Part shown: piece after piece, positions 28,117 through 36,878 of the stretch | Layout of the letters: the number at the start of each line of letters is the position of its first letter | How positions within the stretch are numbered: the stretch's first letter is position 1 | DNA from: Deltaproteobacteria bacterium | GTDB lineage: Bacteria > Desulfobacterota > DSM-4660 > Desulfatiglandales > B25-G16 | NCBI GenBank assembly: GCA_020349945.1 | Contig: CP070704.1 | Location: forward strand, 409,407 to 473,406 | DNA: 64,000 bases | Reading direction: 5' to 3' | Program-made: the position numbers and the translations under genes | The notes under the pieces: generated by a model | Told to the model about the DNA's origin: nothing | Databases searched by the model: none | Seen by the model: only the letters and a program-made list of their open reading frames with translations

Positions 28117-28407
28117 TTATGTCGGTTTTAAGTTACCGAGTGCTTGCCGAAGGTAGTCCTGCTCTTCATCTGTCACGTCAACATTCATTGTTCGCGCTCC
28201 ATCAGGAGAGATTACATTTGCCTGAAATTTCCTTCCCGCGATTTTAAAGGCTACCTGGAACTCATACCCACAATCCGGACATCTGAGATATCTGATAGCT
28301 CCATTCCAAGAGAACTCCTCCTTAATACTCTCTGTATCTATTTCACATGTGGGGCACTGTACTGATTGCTCTATTTGCCTGATTACTCTTCTAATTTCTT
28401 TTCTCAT
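28117..28407 (-). CDS. small zinc-ribbon protein
   Basis: 96 aa, CPTC...CPDC. Confidence 0.5.
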   Translation of the reverse strand: MRKEIRRVIRQIEQSVQCPTCEIDTESIKEEFSWNGAIRYLRCPDCGYEFQVAFKIAGRKFQANVISPDGARTMNVDVTDEEQDYLRQALGNLKPT

Positions 28408-28453
28408 TTCCCGCTACAAGAAGGAGGATCGTTAGAAAATAACTCCTTATCGT

Positions 28454-29212
28454 TTATCCAGGCCAGTGTGATATGGCAACAGAGAGGGACTCTTTCATCT
28501 CTTCACGGGAGGTTAAACCCAGGGCCAGCCCGTCTACTTGACCATATTGTGCAATAAAGGGAAGGCCGACGGTGGGCGAAAGCACGCCCGCAGCCAATGT
28601 CTTCTTGGCAATGACAGGTTGTTGAATAGAATCCAGGATCTTTATTAACGCATCTGGCTTGCAATCCATGAACATACCTTCACGATTGAATGGGGCCATA
28701 TATGCCTGTATATCAAGGCCGGATTGTCTGAGGACAGGGAGAACACGGGCCGGTTTGTGAGTAGCGCACCCGGGAACAAGGCCCAGATTCCTGATATCCT
28801 TTAACCATCTCTCAATACCCTTAAGGTCAAGTTGGTCTGTAACCATAGCGTGAAGGAAGACCACCTGGGGATCTATATCGGACGCCTGCTTGAGTTCCCA
28901 ATCCCTGTCTCCAAATCCAACGGTCAATGTACATGCAAGGTCAACCCCGCTTTGTGCTTTTGACTCCCTAAAGGCATCCAGAATACGGTCTATGGCCAGA
29001 AGCTGCACACACGGCACGCCGAGCTCGGCCGCATACACCATAAGGTCTACTATATTGGCTGGATTGTCAAAGAAGAGGCGACGGTAGGTAGGGGCTCGAG
29101 TTCCAAACTGACCAGCCCCGATAAAAGGCGAGGTGCCCAGACTTACGGCCGGTAGCTCCCTCCCGCCAATGGAAATGATCCTGACCTTACTGATCATCGA
29201 AATGCTTTCCAT
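28454..29212 (-). CDS. hypothetical protein (possible TIM-barrel, AKR-like N-terminal motif)
   Basis: 252 aa, directly downstream of the GalT-like gene. LPAVSLGTSPFIGAGQFG loosely resembles the aldo/keto-reductase N-terminus. Confidence 0.5.
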   Translation of the reverse strand: MESISMISKVRIISIGGRELPAVSLGTSPFIGAGQFGTRAPTYRRLFFDNPANIVDLMVYAAELGVPCVQLLAIDRILDAFRESKAQSGVDLACTLTVGFGDRDWELKQASDIDPQVVFLHAMVTDQLDLKGIERWLKDIRNLGLVPGCATHKPARVLPVLRQSGLDIQAYMAPFNREGMFMDCKPDALIKILDSIQQPVIAKKTLAAGVLSPTVGLPFIAQYGQVDGLALGLTSREEMKESLSVAISHWPG

Positions 29213-29230
29213 GGTTAATTGATAGGCTTT

Positions 29231-30286
29231 CTAATTTTTTCCTGTAAAGTAGGCCCTCACTTCTTTGCACATCACTTCAGGCATTACAACGCACACCGGT
29301 TCCTGATGCAATGCCTGGTAGAAGCATAGATCAGATGCATGGTCTCTGGTGTTGAGGAAGGTTCTTGGAATAATACGGAAGTGCGCTGAAAAGAACTCTT
29401 GGTCTTGTGGCCCGAAGAAAAGTGATGTATTGAAGCTGAAGATATTCTTGTCCACATAGTATGAAAAGATCCTTCTAATTCCTGAAGCCAGTTCGGAGAT
29501 ATGTGCCTCATTGAAATCATCAATAGAATACACATCGGGGAATATACCTATAATCTCACCAAGGACTCCAAGTGATACAAATGATGCCAACCAGTGAGAA
29601 CTATTAGTGCTGCCTATGTACCGTTTATCTCTCTGTTGCTCAATCCTGACCAGCTCTTTCCAGTAATTCACACCGTGTTTTTTATAGAATGCTTTCGAAC
29701 ACCTCATTTCGTCTGTAACCTGGTTTCCTGGAAACTGCGTGGCAAAACACTGTTGGTGAGGATGAACCAACCCCCCACCTGATGGCGGCATATAGTTCCA
29801 ATCCATTAGATGGTAAGGAAGTGAGGGATCGATAGACTTAATCCTTTTCAGGAAGGCGACGCCAATAGAAAAAGAGTCCAGAAGGATTTTCTCGTTTAAT
29901 CGTTCTAAGGGAACCACATGCTCAGTGGCCATGATGGTTATTGCACTGTAGACGTCATATGGGTATAGATTGGGAATAAGGAGGGCCTCACCCTTGGATA
30001 ATCGCCCATCAGGAAATATATATTCTGGGAATTTCGGAGTAGCTCTGTACCTTAAGTCAGAACAAAATGGACAAAACCCTTTCACCTCAGGATTCGAATA
30101 TGACTCAATGGGCAACCTCTGTGGTTTAACTGCGCCAAGGCGAACAAAATGGCCTGTTCTACCCGTGAGAGGATCATATCGTACCTGGAGTTTCTCTTCG
30201 GTAAGCTGATATTCTTTCCGAGGATCGAGGAATAGGCTTTTGCCCTCAACCTGTTTAAATTCTATTGGTGTGGATATATCAACCAT
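29231..30286 (-). CDS. GalT-branch HIT-superfamily nucleotidyltransferase (divergent)
   Basis: CPFC zinc motif and GGLVHPHQQ (HxHxQ). Start moved to 30286 (GGGGGAGG RBS). Confidence 0.7.
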   Translation of the reverse strand: MVDISTPIEFKQVEGKSLFLDPRKEYQLTEEKLQVRYDPLTGRTGHFVRLGAVKPQRLPIESYSNPEVKGFCPFCSDLRYRATPKFPEYIFPDGRLSKGEALLIPNLYPYDVYSAITIMATEHVVPLERLNEKILLDSFSIGVAFLKRIKSIDPSLPYHLMDWNYMPPSGGGLVHPHQQCFATQFPGNQVTDEMRCSKAFYKKHGVNYWKELVRIEQQRDKRYIGSTNSSHWLASFVSLGVLGEIIGIFPDVYSIDDFNEAHISELASGIRRIFSYYVDKNIFSFNTSLFFGPQDQEFFSAHFRIIPRTFLNTRDHASDLCFYQALHQEPVCVVMPEVMCKEVRAYFTGKN

Positions 30287-30404
30287 ACTGACCTCCCCCT
30301 TCTTACCTTTTAGAGGCATGCGGGTGTTAGATATAGCTCATATGGGTATGCTTTACAAGCAAATCGGGGTCGGCCTTGCACTCATAGCTATTGAAAGACC
30401 TGTT

Positions 30405-30490
30405 AGGGTATTTTCATCTTTTCCAGTTTGACTTTTCTCATGATTTATAGAATGGTGGTCTGAAGGGGCGCAAAATGCTGGTCCCTTTTC
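30405..30490 (+). repeat. R3 direct repeat, right copy
   Basis: AGGGTATTTTCATCTTTTCCAGTTTGACTTTTCTCATGATTTATAGAATGGTGGTCTGAAGGGGCGCAAAATGCTGGTCCCTTTTC. Confidence 0.8.
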
Positions 30491-30544
30491 CGCGTTCCAA
30501 TACTATCCTCGTCTGGTTATGCCATAACCCTTGTTTGGAATGCT

Positions 30545-31180
30545 ATGAAAGACAGCCAGGGAATACGCCAGGATAAAGAAGAGATTGAGGGGCAAGGGTT
30601 TGGAGAGTTACTCAGATATACTGTCGCAGGTTTTGCTGGGGGATTGATAATTGCCGCCCTCTTGGATTCTTTTGGACTGCAGAGAAGTCCCGTCGGGCAA
30701 TGGATAGTCCGGACATTATCCGGGGAAGGCGAAAGTATTCTTGAGGGGTTCTATGCCTTTCGTCGTCGAATGCTCAAGGAAAGGGGAACGCTGGCAGAGG
30801 CCTACGGGTGGGGAAAATTTTTCGGTATGATAGTTCCGTGGATCATAGACTGGGGCAGTCGCATTCTGGGCGTTAATGTGTATGGAGTCGAGGGTTTCTA
30901 TATTCCCTATTTCTATGCGATGAGTGACCAGATTGGTGCAAACGTAAGTGGCCTTATCTTTATTCGAAGGAAAACAGGCTCGTTTTCAAGGGCACTGCTT
31001 ACCTATTTTCGTCAGCCTGTAATGTTGACAAGTTTGGTAATTATTTTTGTTGTTCCGGCCGGTTTACTGAGTGCACGGCTGATGGGATTTAGCCCGAAAA
31101 CCCAGATTCTCACGGCATTAGAGACAATTGTTGCAAATCTTTGTTGGTTACCCCCCTTTCTGGGCTGGCTTATGAAATAG
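30545..31180 (+). CDS. hypothetical membrane protein
   Basis: 211-aa ORF with several hydrophobic helices. Confidence 0.5.
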   Translation: MKDSQGIRQDKEEIEGQGFGELLRYTVAGFAGGLIIAALLDSFGLQRSPVGQWIVRTLSGEGESILEGFYAFRRRMLKERGTLAEAYGWGKFFGMIVPWIIDWGSRILGVNVYGVEGFYIPYFYAMSDQIGANVSGLIFIRRKTGSFSRALLTYFRQPVMLTSLVIIFVVPAGLLSARLMGFSPKTQILTALETIVANLCWLPPFLGWLMK

Positions 31181-31343
31181 AGGGCAGTGCTGAAAAGGGA
31201 ATCAGTTAATAAAAAGATACTCCATGCCCTCGCGGTTTTGGGTTAGAATTACTAATAAGTAACAGTGAGTTAAATGAAAGGGGAAGTGGGCCTTCCTCAA
31301 GGGTGCGGAAAGGAAGGCTACGAGCATAAATGGAGAATTACCA

Positions 31344-32165
31344 ATGGGAGTAAAAAGGGCTGATCAAAGAAGGGGAATTATAACGGTTAAACTTCACCAT
31401 GAACCTAAGCTCAAAGATCCCTACCTGTTTGCCGCCTGGTCCGGGATGGGTAATGTAGCTCTTGGGGCTGCTGAATACCTGAGGGACAAATTGGGGGCTG
31501 AACAATTTGGGGAGATAAAGCTGACCGAATGTTTTGGTTTCTCCGGCGTCTCGGTCAAGGATGATGGAACAGTGGAATCCCCGACGTTGACAACATCACC
31601 CAGGAATGAGTTTTACTGCTGGAAGAGAAGGGGTTCTGCCCATGATGTAATAATCTTTATGGGAGAGGCCCAGCCAAGCGGAATGGAATATGAACTCGCT
31701 CATAAGGTTATTGAAGTAGCAGAGAAGTTCAAGGTAAAAAGGATATACACCGCTGCTGCCTTTGCGCTTCCCATACAGGTCAGCCAGGAATCAAAGGTTC
31801 ATTGTGTGGCTACCAATGTTGAACTGATAGGGGATTTGAAAAGATTCGATCTAAGGTTAATGACTGACGGAAGCATTAGCGGGTTGAATGGTTTCATTTT
31901 GGGAATTGCCAAGAAAAAAGGGATTGAAGGCGTCTGCCTGTTGGGAGAAATGCCGAACTATCTGACCCATATAGAATATCCAAAGGCCTCCCATGCTGTG
32001 CTTTCCATCTTGACCAAAATGCTCAATATCAATATTGACCTGGGTGAACTGCTAGCCGTGGCTAAATATCAGGAAGAAGAGATCAAGAGATATATCAAGA
32101 AAATTGAAGAGCAGTTACAGCTGCAAAAGGCACTTGAGGAGGAGAAGCCAAAGGTCTTGCATTAA
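31344..32165 (+). CDS. PAC2 (proteasome-assembly-chaperone-like) family protein
   Basis: LFAAWSGMGNVALGAAEYL matches the family N-terminal motif. Confidence 0.55.
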   Translation: MGVKRADQRRGIITVKLHHEPKLKDPYLFAAWSGMGNVALGAAEYLRDKLGAEQFGEIKLTECFGFSGVSVKDDGTVESPTLTTSPRNEFYCWKRRGSAHDVIIFMGEAQPSGMEYELAHKVIEVAEKFKVKRIYTAAAFALPIQVSQESKVHCVATNVELIGDLKRFDLRLMTDGSISGLNGFILGIAKKKGIEGVCLLGEMPNYLTHIEYPKASHAVLSILTKMLNINIDLGELLAVAKYQEEEIKRYIKKIEEQLQLQKALEEEKPKVLH

Positions 32166-32191
32166 AATGTTTCCTTATCCTCTAAAGGGTA

Positions 32192-32218
32192 GGGGGTCGA
32201 ATCCATATTCTTGACAGA
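32192..32218 (+). repeat. M1 repeat copy j
   Basis: GGGGGTCGAATCCATATTCTTGACAGA. Starts 26 nt after the stop at 32165. Followed by an M3-like fragment. Confidence 0.75.
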
Positions 32219-32254
32219 GTTGCCTTCTTGCGTTGCGCTAGTGAATTTGTAAAG

Positions 32255-32285
32255 CAGGGAATATTCTGCATATGGTTCTAATATG
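32255..32285 (+). repeat. M3-like fragment
   Basis: CAGGGAATATTCTGCATATGGTTCTAAT resembles the GGAATTCT..TGCATAGTAATT core. Confidence 0.45.
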
Positions 32286-32293
32286 GATCCTCC

Positions 32294-33724
32294 CTAGTAA
32301 GCGTTCATCAACAGTTCCTGTTTCACCCTGAATAATCTTTCACTCAGGCTGACATGATAGAGATGGGGGTTTTGCAATCGCTTGAACTCGCAGTCTAAGC
32401 GATCCAGGTTCCTTTTCGTATTCTCCTGAATTTTCCCAATGGGAGGGGTATCGTAAACCCGCTTGCCATTGAGGAAGACGGGGATAAGCAATTCCTCCCG
32501 TCCGAAGTCGGCAGGATACGACTTAGAGACATGGGGAAGCACCGCGTGGAATACCCTAATTGGCTTGTCGGGATCGGGGGTCTCGTTCTCCAGGAACAGG
32601 ACATCTCCTCGCATCATGCCTGCTTGATCGTAGTATCGAACCAACCTCTTTACCCCTGGATTGGTGATTTTTTCCGGATTATCGGACCTCTTGATCTTTG
32701 GCACCATTTCGCCATCCTCAGCGATGGCGGTCAGCTTATAGACGCCGCCGAGGGCAGGGCATGAATAAGAAGTGACGAGCCTTGTTCCTACACCCCAGGT
32801 ATCGATTTTCGCCTCTTGTTTCTTGAGACTCTCTATGAGCCACTCGTCGAGGTCGCTGGAGGCGATGATCTTGGTTTGTTGAAATCCATTCTCATCTAAC
32901 ATCTTTCTACATTGTTTGCTGAGATAGGCAAGATCACCGCTATCGAGCCTGATCCCTATCAGCTTACCTTGTCCATTATCCCTCAGTTCCCGGCCGATTT
33001 GGATGGCATTGGGGACACCGCTCCTGAGAGTGTGGTACGTATCCACGAGCAACAGACAGCTCTTTGGGTAGATCTTTGCGTAGGCGCGGAAGGCCTCAAG
33101 TTCAGAGGGAAAAGACTCTATCCAGCTGTGAGCTATGGTCCCCCTGACGGGTATCCCCAGCATTTTCCCTGCCCAGAGGTTTGACGTACCCATTGCCCCT
33201 CCGATAAAGGATGCCCGTGCCGCCCCAAGGGCAGCGTCAGGACCATGGGCTCTCCTGAGGCCGAATTCGATGACTGGGTCCCCCTCTGCGGCGATGCAGA
33301 CCCGCGCCGATTTGGTGGCGATCAGGGTCTGGAAGTTCATAATGTTTAACAAGGCGGATTCAATGAGCTGGGCCTCGGGAAGTGGGGCGGTTACTCGGGC
33401 TATGGGTTCGTTGGGGAAGATGGCCGTCCCCTCGGGGACTGCGTAGAGGTTTCCGGTAAAGCGGAGTTTGCTTAGGTATTCGAGAACATCCGCGGGGAAT
33501 ATGTTGAGGGTTTCCAGATAGGCTATATCCTCTTCGGCGAATCTGATGTTTTTGATGTAATCGATTGCCTGTTCGAGGCCTGCGGCGATGCAGAATCCAC
33601 CATCGTCGGGTACTCTGCGAAAGAAATAATCGAAGTTGGCCCATTGGTCCTTTTTCCCGCTGACAAAGTATCCCCCAACCATGGTGAGTTCGTACAGGTC
33701 CGTCAGGAGTGTTAGGTTACGCAT
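32294..33724 (-). CDS. pncB: nicotinate phosphoribosyltransferase
   Basis: LLTDLYELTM, GTSN and RLDSGDL motifs. Start at 33724 (GGGAGGA RBS). Confidence 0.9.
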   Translation of the reverse strand: MRNLTLLTDLYELTMVGGYFVSGKKDQWANFDYFFRRVPDDGGFCIAAGLEQAIDYIKNIRFAEEDIAYLETLNIFPADVLEYLSKLRFTGNLYAVPEGTAIFPNEPIARVTAPLPEAQLIESALLNIMNFQTLIATKSARVCIAAEGDPVIEFGLRRAHGPDAALGAARASFIGGAMGTSNLWAGKMLGIPVRGTIAHSWIESFPSELEAFRAYAKIYPKSCLLLVDTYHTLRSGVPNAIQIGRELRDNGQGKLIGIRLDSGDLAYLSKQCRKMLDENGFQQTKIIASSDLDEWLIESLKKQEAKIDTWGVGTRLVTSYSCPALGGVYKLTAIAEDGEMVPKIKRSDNPEKITNPGVKRLVRYYDQAGMMRGDVLFLENETPDPDKPIRVFHAVLPHVSKSYPADFGREELLIPVFLNGKRVYDTPPIGKIQENTKRNLDRLDCEFKRLQNPHLYHVSLSERLFRVKQELLMNAY

Positions 33725-33835
33725 CGCATTCCTCCCAAAGAATATAGGATAACAGTATTCAGGCAATGTGCCATGATCGCCTGTCAGTCTAGCTTACAAC
33801 GAAAGATCCTTTAATACAATGTGAATCTTGTCTAA

Positions 33836-33863
33836 GGGGCCGAATCAATATTTTCGATAAATT
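33836..33863 (+). repeat. M1 repeat copy k
   Basis: GGGGCCGAATCAATATTTTCGATAAATT. Stem CGAA/TTCG. Lies upstream of the minus-strand pncB gene. Confidence 0.7.
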
Positions 33864-34067
33864 TACGTCCTACCTAACGCTGCTCAACAATGCGACCAGG
33901 ACGCTCCTCGCTTCACTATGTGCTCTGTCATCTGAATGAAAGCTTGTGTTGCTAGCCACTCTTTTAGTAAAATGACCCTGGTTGATATAGGCTTATCGGT
34001 GATCTTGAGATTGGCGCTAACTGATTATCGAAAATCGTTCGGAATATTTTCATCAGAATGAGGGCGC

Positions 34068-34415
34068 ATGGCAAACAGGCATCTATCAGAATACAGAAGA
34101 AAATATGATATATCTCGCCATCATGCTTGGGCGGGCACCGCCCTTCTTTCGGTATTGCTGGCTTTGCGGCATTTATTTGTCCTATTTCCCAATTATGTAC
34201 TAATCCCCCTTGGCTCAATACTAGCTGTATACATCCTGATCGCCCTGCTCTTTGCGTATAAATACCGCGTGGGATTAACTGCAGGGCAAGTGGTAGATCA
34301 TGCATCTGAGGAGTTGGAGGAGGAGAGAATACATGCTGAACTTGAAAAGAGACGATTAAAACTGGAGAAGAAAAAGGCAAAGGCCGAAACAAAGGCCAAG
34401 AAAAAAGACCATTGA
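34068..34415 (+). CDS. hypothetical membrane protein with K/E-rich tail
   Basis: Two TM helices, then EELEEERIHAELEKRRLKLEKKKAKAETKAKKK. Confidence 0.45.
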   Translation: MANRHLSEYRRKYDISRHHAWAGTALLSVLLALRHLFVLFPNYVLIPLGSILAVYILIALLFAYKYRVGLTAGQVVDHASEELEEERIHAELEKRRLKLEKKKAKAETKAKKKDH

Positions 34416-34562
34416 AACAGGGACTTGGGATCAATCCCGTGACAGAGAAGAGCATGAATTTTTTCCGTTTTTGGCTTTTTCTTTTTACCTTTTTTATAGT
34501 AACATGAAGAAACCTATGCGCCCGTATTGGCAGTGTAGGCGATAGAAAAAGGAGGTCTCAAA

Positions 34563-34883
34563 ATGATCTTCGTGAACAGCAAACTATTTTCCCTGGGCCT
34601 CATCTTGTTTGTTCTGTTGGCGTGGTCATTGCCTTCTCTAGCGGCCGATCCACAGGAAATACAGGGTTTGGAGAAGAGAATCGATAATCTAGAACGGACT
34701 CTACGCGACAGCATTAAGGATCATGATGAAGAACTGCGTGTTCTTGAACAGCGACTCGACCGTATAGTACAGATCGTTGAACGGCATGAACGTCGAATAA
34801 ATGAGCTCTATGGCCAACCGTCGTCTGGACCTTTACCGGGTCCATCGGTACGAAGACCCCCTCAAAGGGGATATATATATTAA
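34563..34883 (+). CDS. secreted coiled-coil protein
   Basis: AAAGGAGG RBS and a signal peptide. Confidence 0.45.
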   Translation: MIFVNSKLFSLGLILFVLLAWSLPSLAADPQEIQGLEKRIDNLERTLRDSIKDHDEELRVLEQRLDRIVQIVERHERRINELYGQPSSGPLPGPSVRRPPQRGYIY

Positions 34884-35082
34884 GCAATTACCTGTATGCT
34901 CGGAAGGTCGAGAGGGGTTGATCTAAACCCGCGAAGGGGCTGGTCGCTCTGCTCTATAAGGTCATAGGTGCCGCTGTCCCAGATCACTGCTCCGGTGGCG
35001 CCATGATTATCCCTTGATTGTAGGAAGAGGCAAGCGCAGGCTACGAAGGCAGGAAAAAGGCGAGGTTGGGATAGAGGTGCTC

Positions 35083-36009
35083 ATGAGGGGACAATTCAAG
35101 CGATTGATTCAGTGTGTTATCTACCTTCTGGTTGCCTGGTCCCTCTTTCTGTCCTGTCAAGCCCCAAGGAGCATCATCCCACACCCTCCTCCACTGAATG
35201 CCTCATATCCGGGAAGCGGACTCGTGGCTGTTCTCAGCGATTACGGCACCAGAGACTTTTATGTGGGAGCCCTGGAAGGCGACATGTACACGGCGAATCC
35301 TCGGGTGAGAATTACGACCATCACCCACCACATAGAACCCTTCAACGTGGCTGAAGGGTCTTACGTTCTGGTGCAGGCCGCGCGGGAATTTCCACCTGGA
35401 ACTGTTTTCCTTGCTGTGGTGGATCCCGGTGTGGGCACGGCGCGACGCTGCATACTAGTGCAGACCCCTGATCACAAGCTCTTTGTTGCCCCTGATAACG
35501 GGCTGCTAAGCGGGGTGATAGAGAAACTGGGTGTCGCCCATGCATACGAGATCAGGAATTACAGCCTCATGCGGCAGGCAGGGGTGTCCGCCACATTTCA
35601 CGGCCGGGACATCCTGGGCCCAGTTGCTGCTCATCTGGCAGGGGACATCCAGCCCTCTGAGGTTGGGCCGAAAATTACAGACCTGATAGAGCTCCCTGTC
35701 ACCGCTGCGCGGCATGATGGAGATGCCGTGGTCGGTTTCGTTGTCCATGTGGACCGGTACGGCAATATGATCACCAATATCCCGGCCACGATGGTAAAGC
35801 AGATGGGTTTTGAACCCGGCATCCGGTTACAGGTCACGATCGGTGGTAAGATGGTGGCGGCAACCCTTGCCACTGCCTATGGAGACGTGCCAGAAGGCAG
35901 CTGGTTGGCCCTCATCAATGCTGAGAAGGTGCTGGAAATCGCCAGGAACCTGGCAAACGCCGCCGAGACCGTCGGGGCTAAGGCCGGCACAGGGGTTCGA
36001 CTGGAGTAA
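35083..36009 (+). CDS. SAM hydroxide adenosyltransferase family (DUF62) with lipoprotein-type signal
   Basis: VAVLSDYGTRDFYVG, VVDPGVGT, APDNGLL, FHGRDI, VDRYGN. N-terminus ...LVAWSLFLSC. Confidence 0.8.
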   Translation: MRGQFKRLIQCVIYLLVAWSLFLSCQAPRSIIPHPPPLNASYPGSGLVAVLSDYGTRDFYVGALEGDMYTANPRVRITTITHHIEPFNVAEGSYVLVQAAREFPPGTVFLAVVDPGVGTARRCILVQTPDHKLFVAPDNGLLSGVIEKLGVAHAYEIRNYSLMRQAGVSATFHGRDILGPVAAHLAGDIQPSEVGPKITDLIELPVTAARHDGDAVVGFVVHVDRYGNMITNIPATMVKQMGFEPGIRLQVTIGGKMVAATLATAYGDVPEGSWLALINAEKVLEIARNLANAAETVGAKAGTGVRLE

Positions 36010-36092
36010 GGGCATGAGAAAAGACGAATACGAACGCACCCTTATGGCCATTGCCCCGTGGAGAGTGGAGGGCAGGTTCAAGATCTAAGGTA

Positions 36093-36668
36093 TCAATAGT
36101 TCTCGACCAAAAGCTCGAAATAGGCCTGTGGGTGATCACAGGTCGGGCACCTGGCCGGGGCCTCGGTGGACTCCACCACGCGACCACAATTTCGACATTT
36201 CCAGAGGACCTTTTCGGGCTTCTTGAACACGGTCTTGCCCTCAACCTGGTCAATGAGCTTCCTGTAACGTCGCTCGTGCCACTGTTCGACCTCTGCAACC
36301 TGGCTAAAAATACGGGCCGCTTCAGTAAAACCTTCTTGCGAGGCCACGTCTGCAAAACCGGAGTACAGCGTGGTCCACTCCAGTCTTTCCCCTGCAGCAG
36401 CGGCCTTTAACTGGGCCAGCGTATCACCAGGGACGCCAGCTGGATAGCCCGCCGTAATTGTGCACTCGCCACCTTCGAGCTGTTTGAAGAAGAGTTTGGC
36501 ATGCTCTCTTTCGTTATCAGCGGTTTCCTGGAAGATGCCGCTGATTTGTTCAAACCCCTCTTTCTTGGCGATGCTGGCGGCAAAGGAATAACGGTTACGG
36601 GCCTGAGATTCGCCAGCAAACGCCGCCAAAAGATTATGCTCGGTCTTCGATCCCTTTAGTGTTGCCAT
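36093..36668 (-). CDS. rbr: rubrerythrin
   Basis: Ferritin-like EX..H pairs plus a C-terminal CRNCG...CPTC rubredoxin. Start at 36668. Confidence 0.9.
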   Translation of the reverse strand: MATLKGSKTEHNLLAAFAGESQARNRYSFAASIAKKEGFEQISGIFQETADNEREHAKLFFKQLEGGECTITAGYPAGVPGDTLAQLKAAAAGERLEWTTLYSGFADVASQEGFTEAARIFSQVAEVEQWHERRYRKLIDQVEGKTVFKKPEKVLWKCRNCGRVVESTEAPARCPTCDHPQAYFELLVENY

Positions 36669-36810
36669 GCCTTGACTCCTTTCAAAGGTTACGTAATGTG
36701 CAGTCAACAAAAAACTCTCGATATTCTCACTCTTTTGTAAACGAGTATTTCAGGGAGGAATAATAGGAAAAAAGAAAGCAGGGTGTCAAGGGCGTAAGAT
36801 GAGTATTTTC

Positions 36811-36839
36811 TTGACGCACAACTGCCCTGATCCTATAGT
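36811..36839 (+). promoter_or_regulatory. candidate sigma70 promoter
   Basis: TTGACG-N17-TATAGT, 40 nt upstream of the GTG at 36879. Confidence 0.6.
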
Positions 36840-36878
36840 GCCCTCACCAAGGCAAAGACCTTGTGGAAGGAGGCAAAT

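Noticed and set aside
3602-33863. M1 copies as tRNA gene fragments or tandem att sites, because GGGGGTCGAATCC / GGGCTCGAATCC resembles a tRNA T-arm (GGTTCGAATCC).
   Set aside because: No complementary 3' T-stem or acceptor sequence follows; the motif continues as TTATTTTTGAC. No D-arm or anticodon arm lies upstream, and one T of the TTCGAAT loop is missing. I found no tRNA genes in the window.
3602-33863. The TTGACA inside M1 as the -35 box of a promoter for the downstream gene.
   Set aside because: I checked hexamers 16-18 nt downstream in copies a-f and j. None approaches TATAAT (best 3/6), unlike the clear TTGACA-N17-TATAAT promoters elsewhere in the window.
3602-33863. The dispersed repeats as a CRISPR array.
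   Set aside because: Spacing is irregular (0.1-8 kb), the 'spacers' are full genes, the repeats are degenerate, and no cas genes are present.
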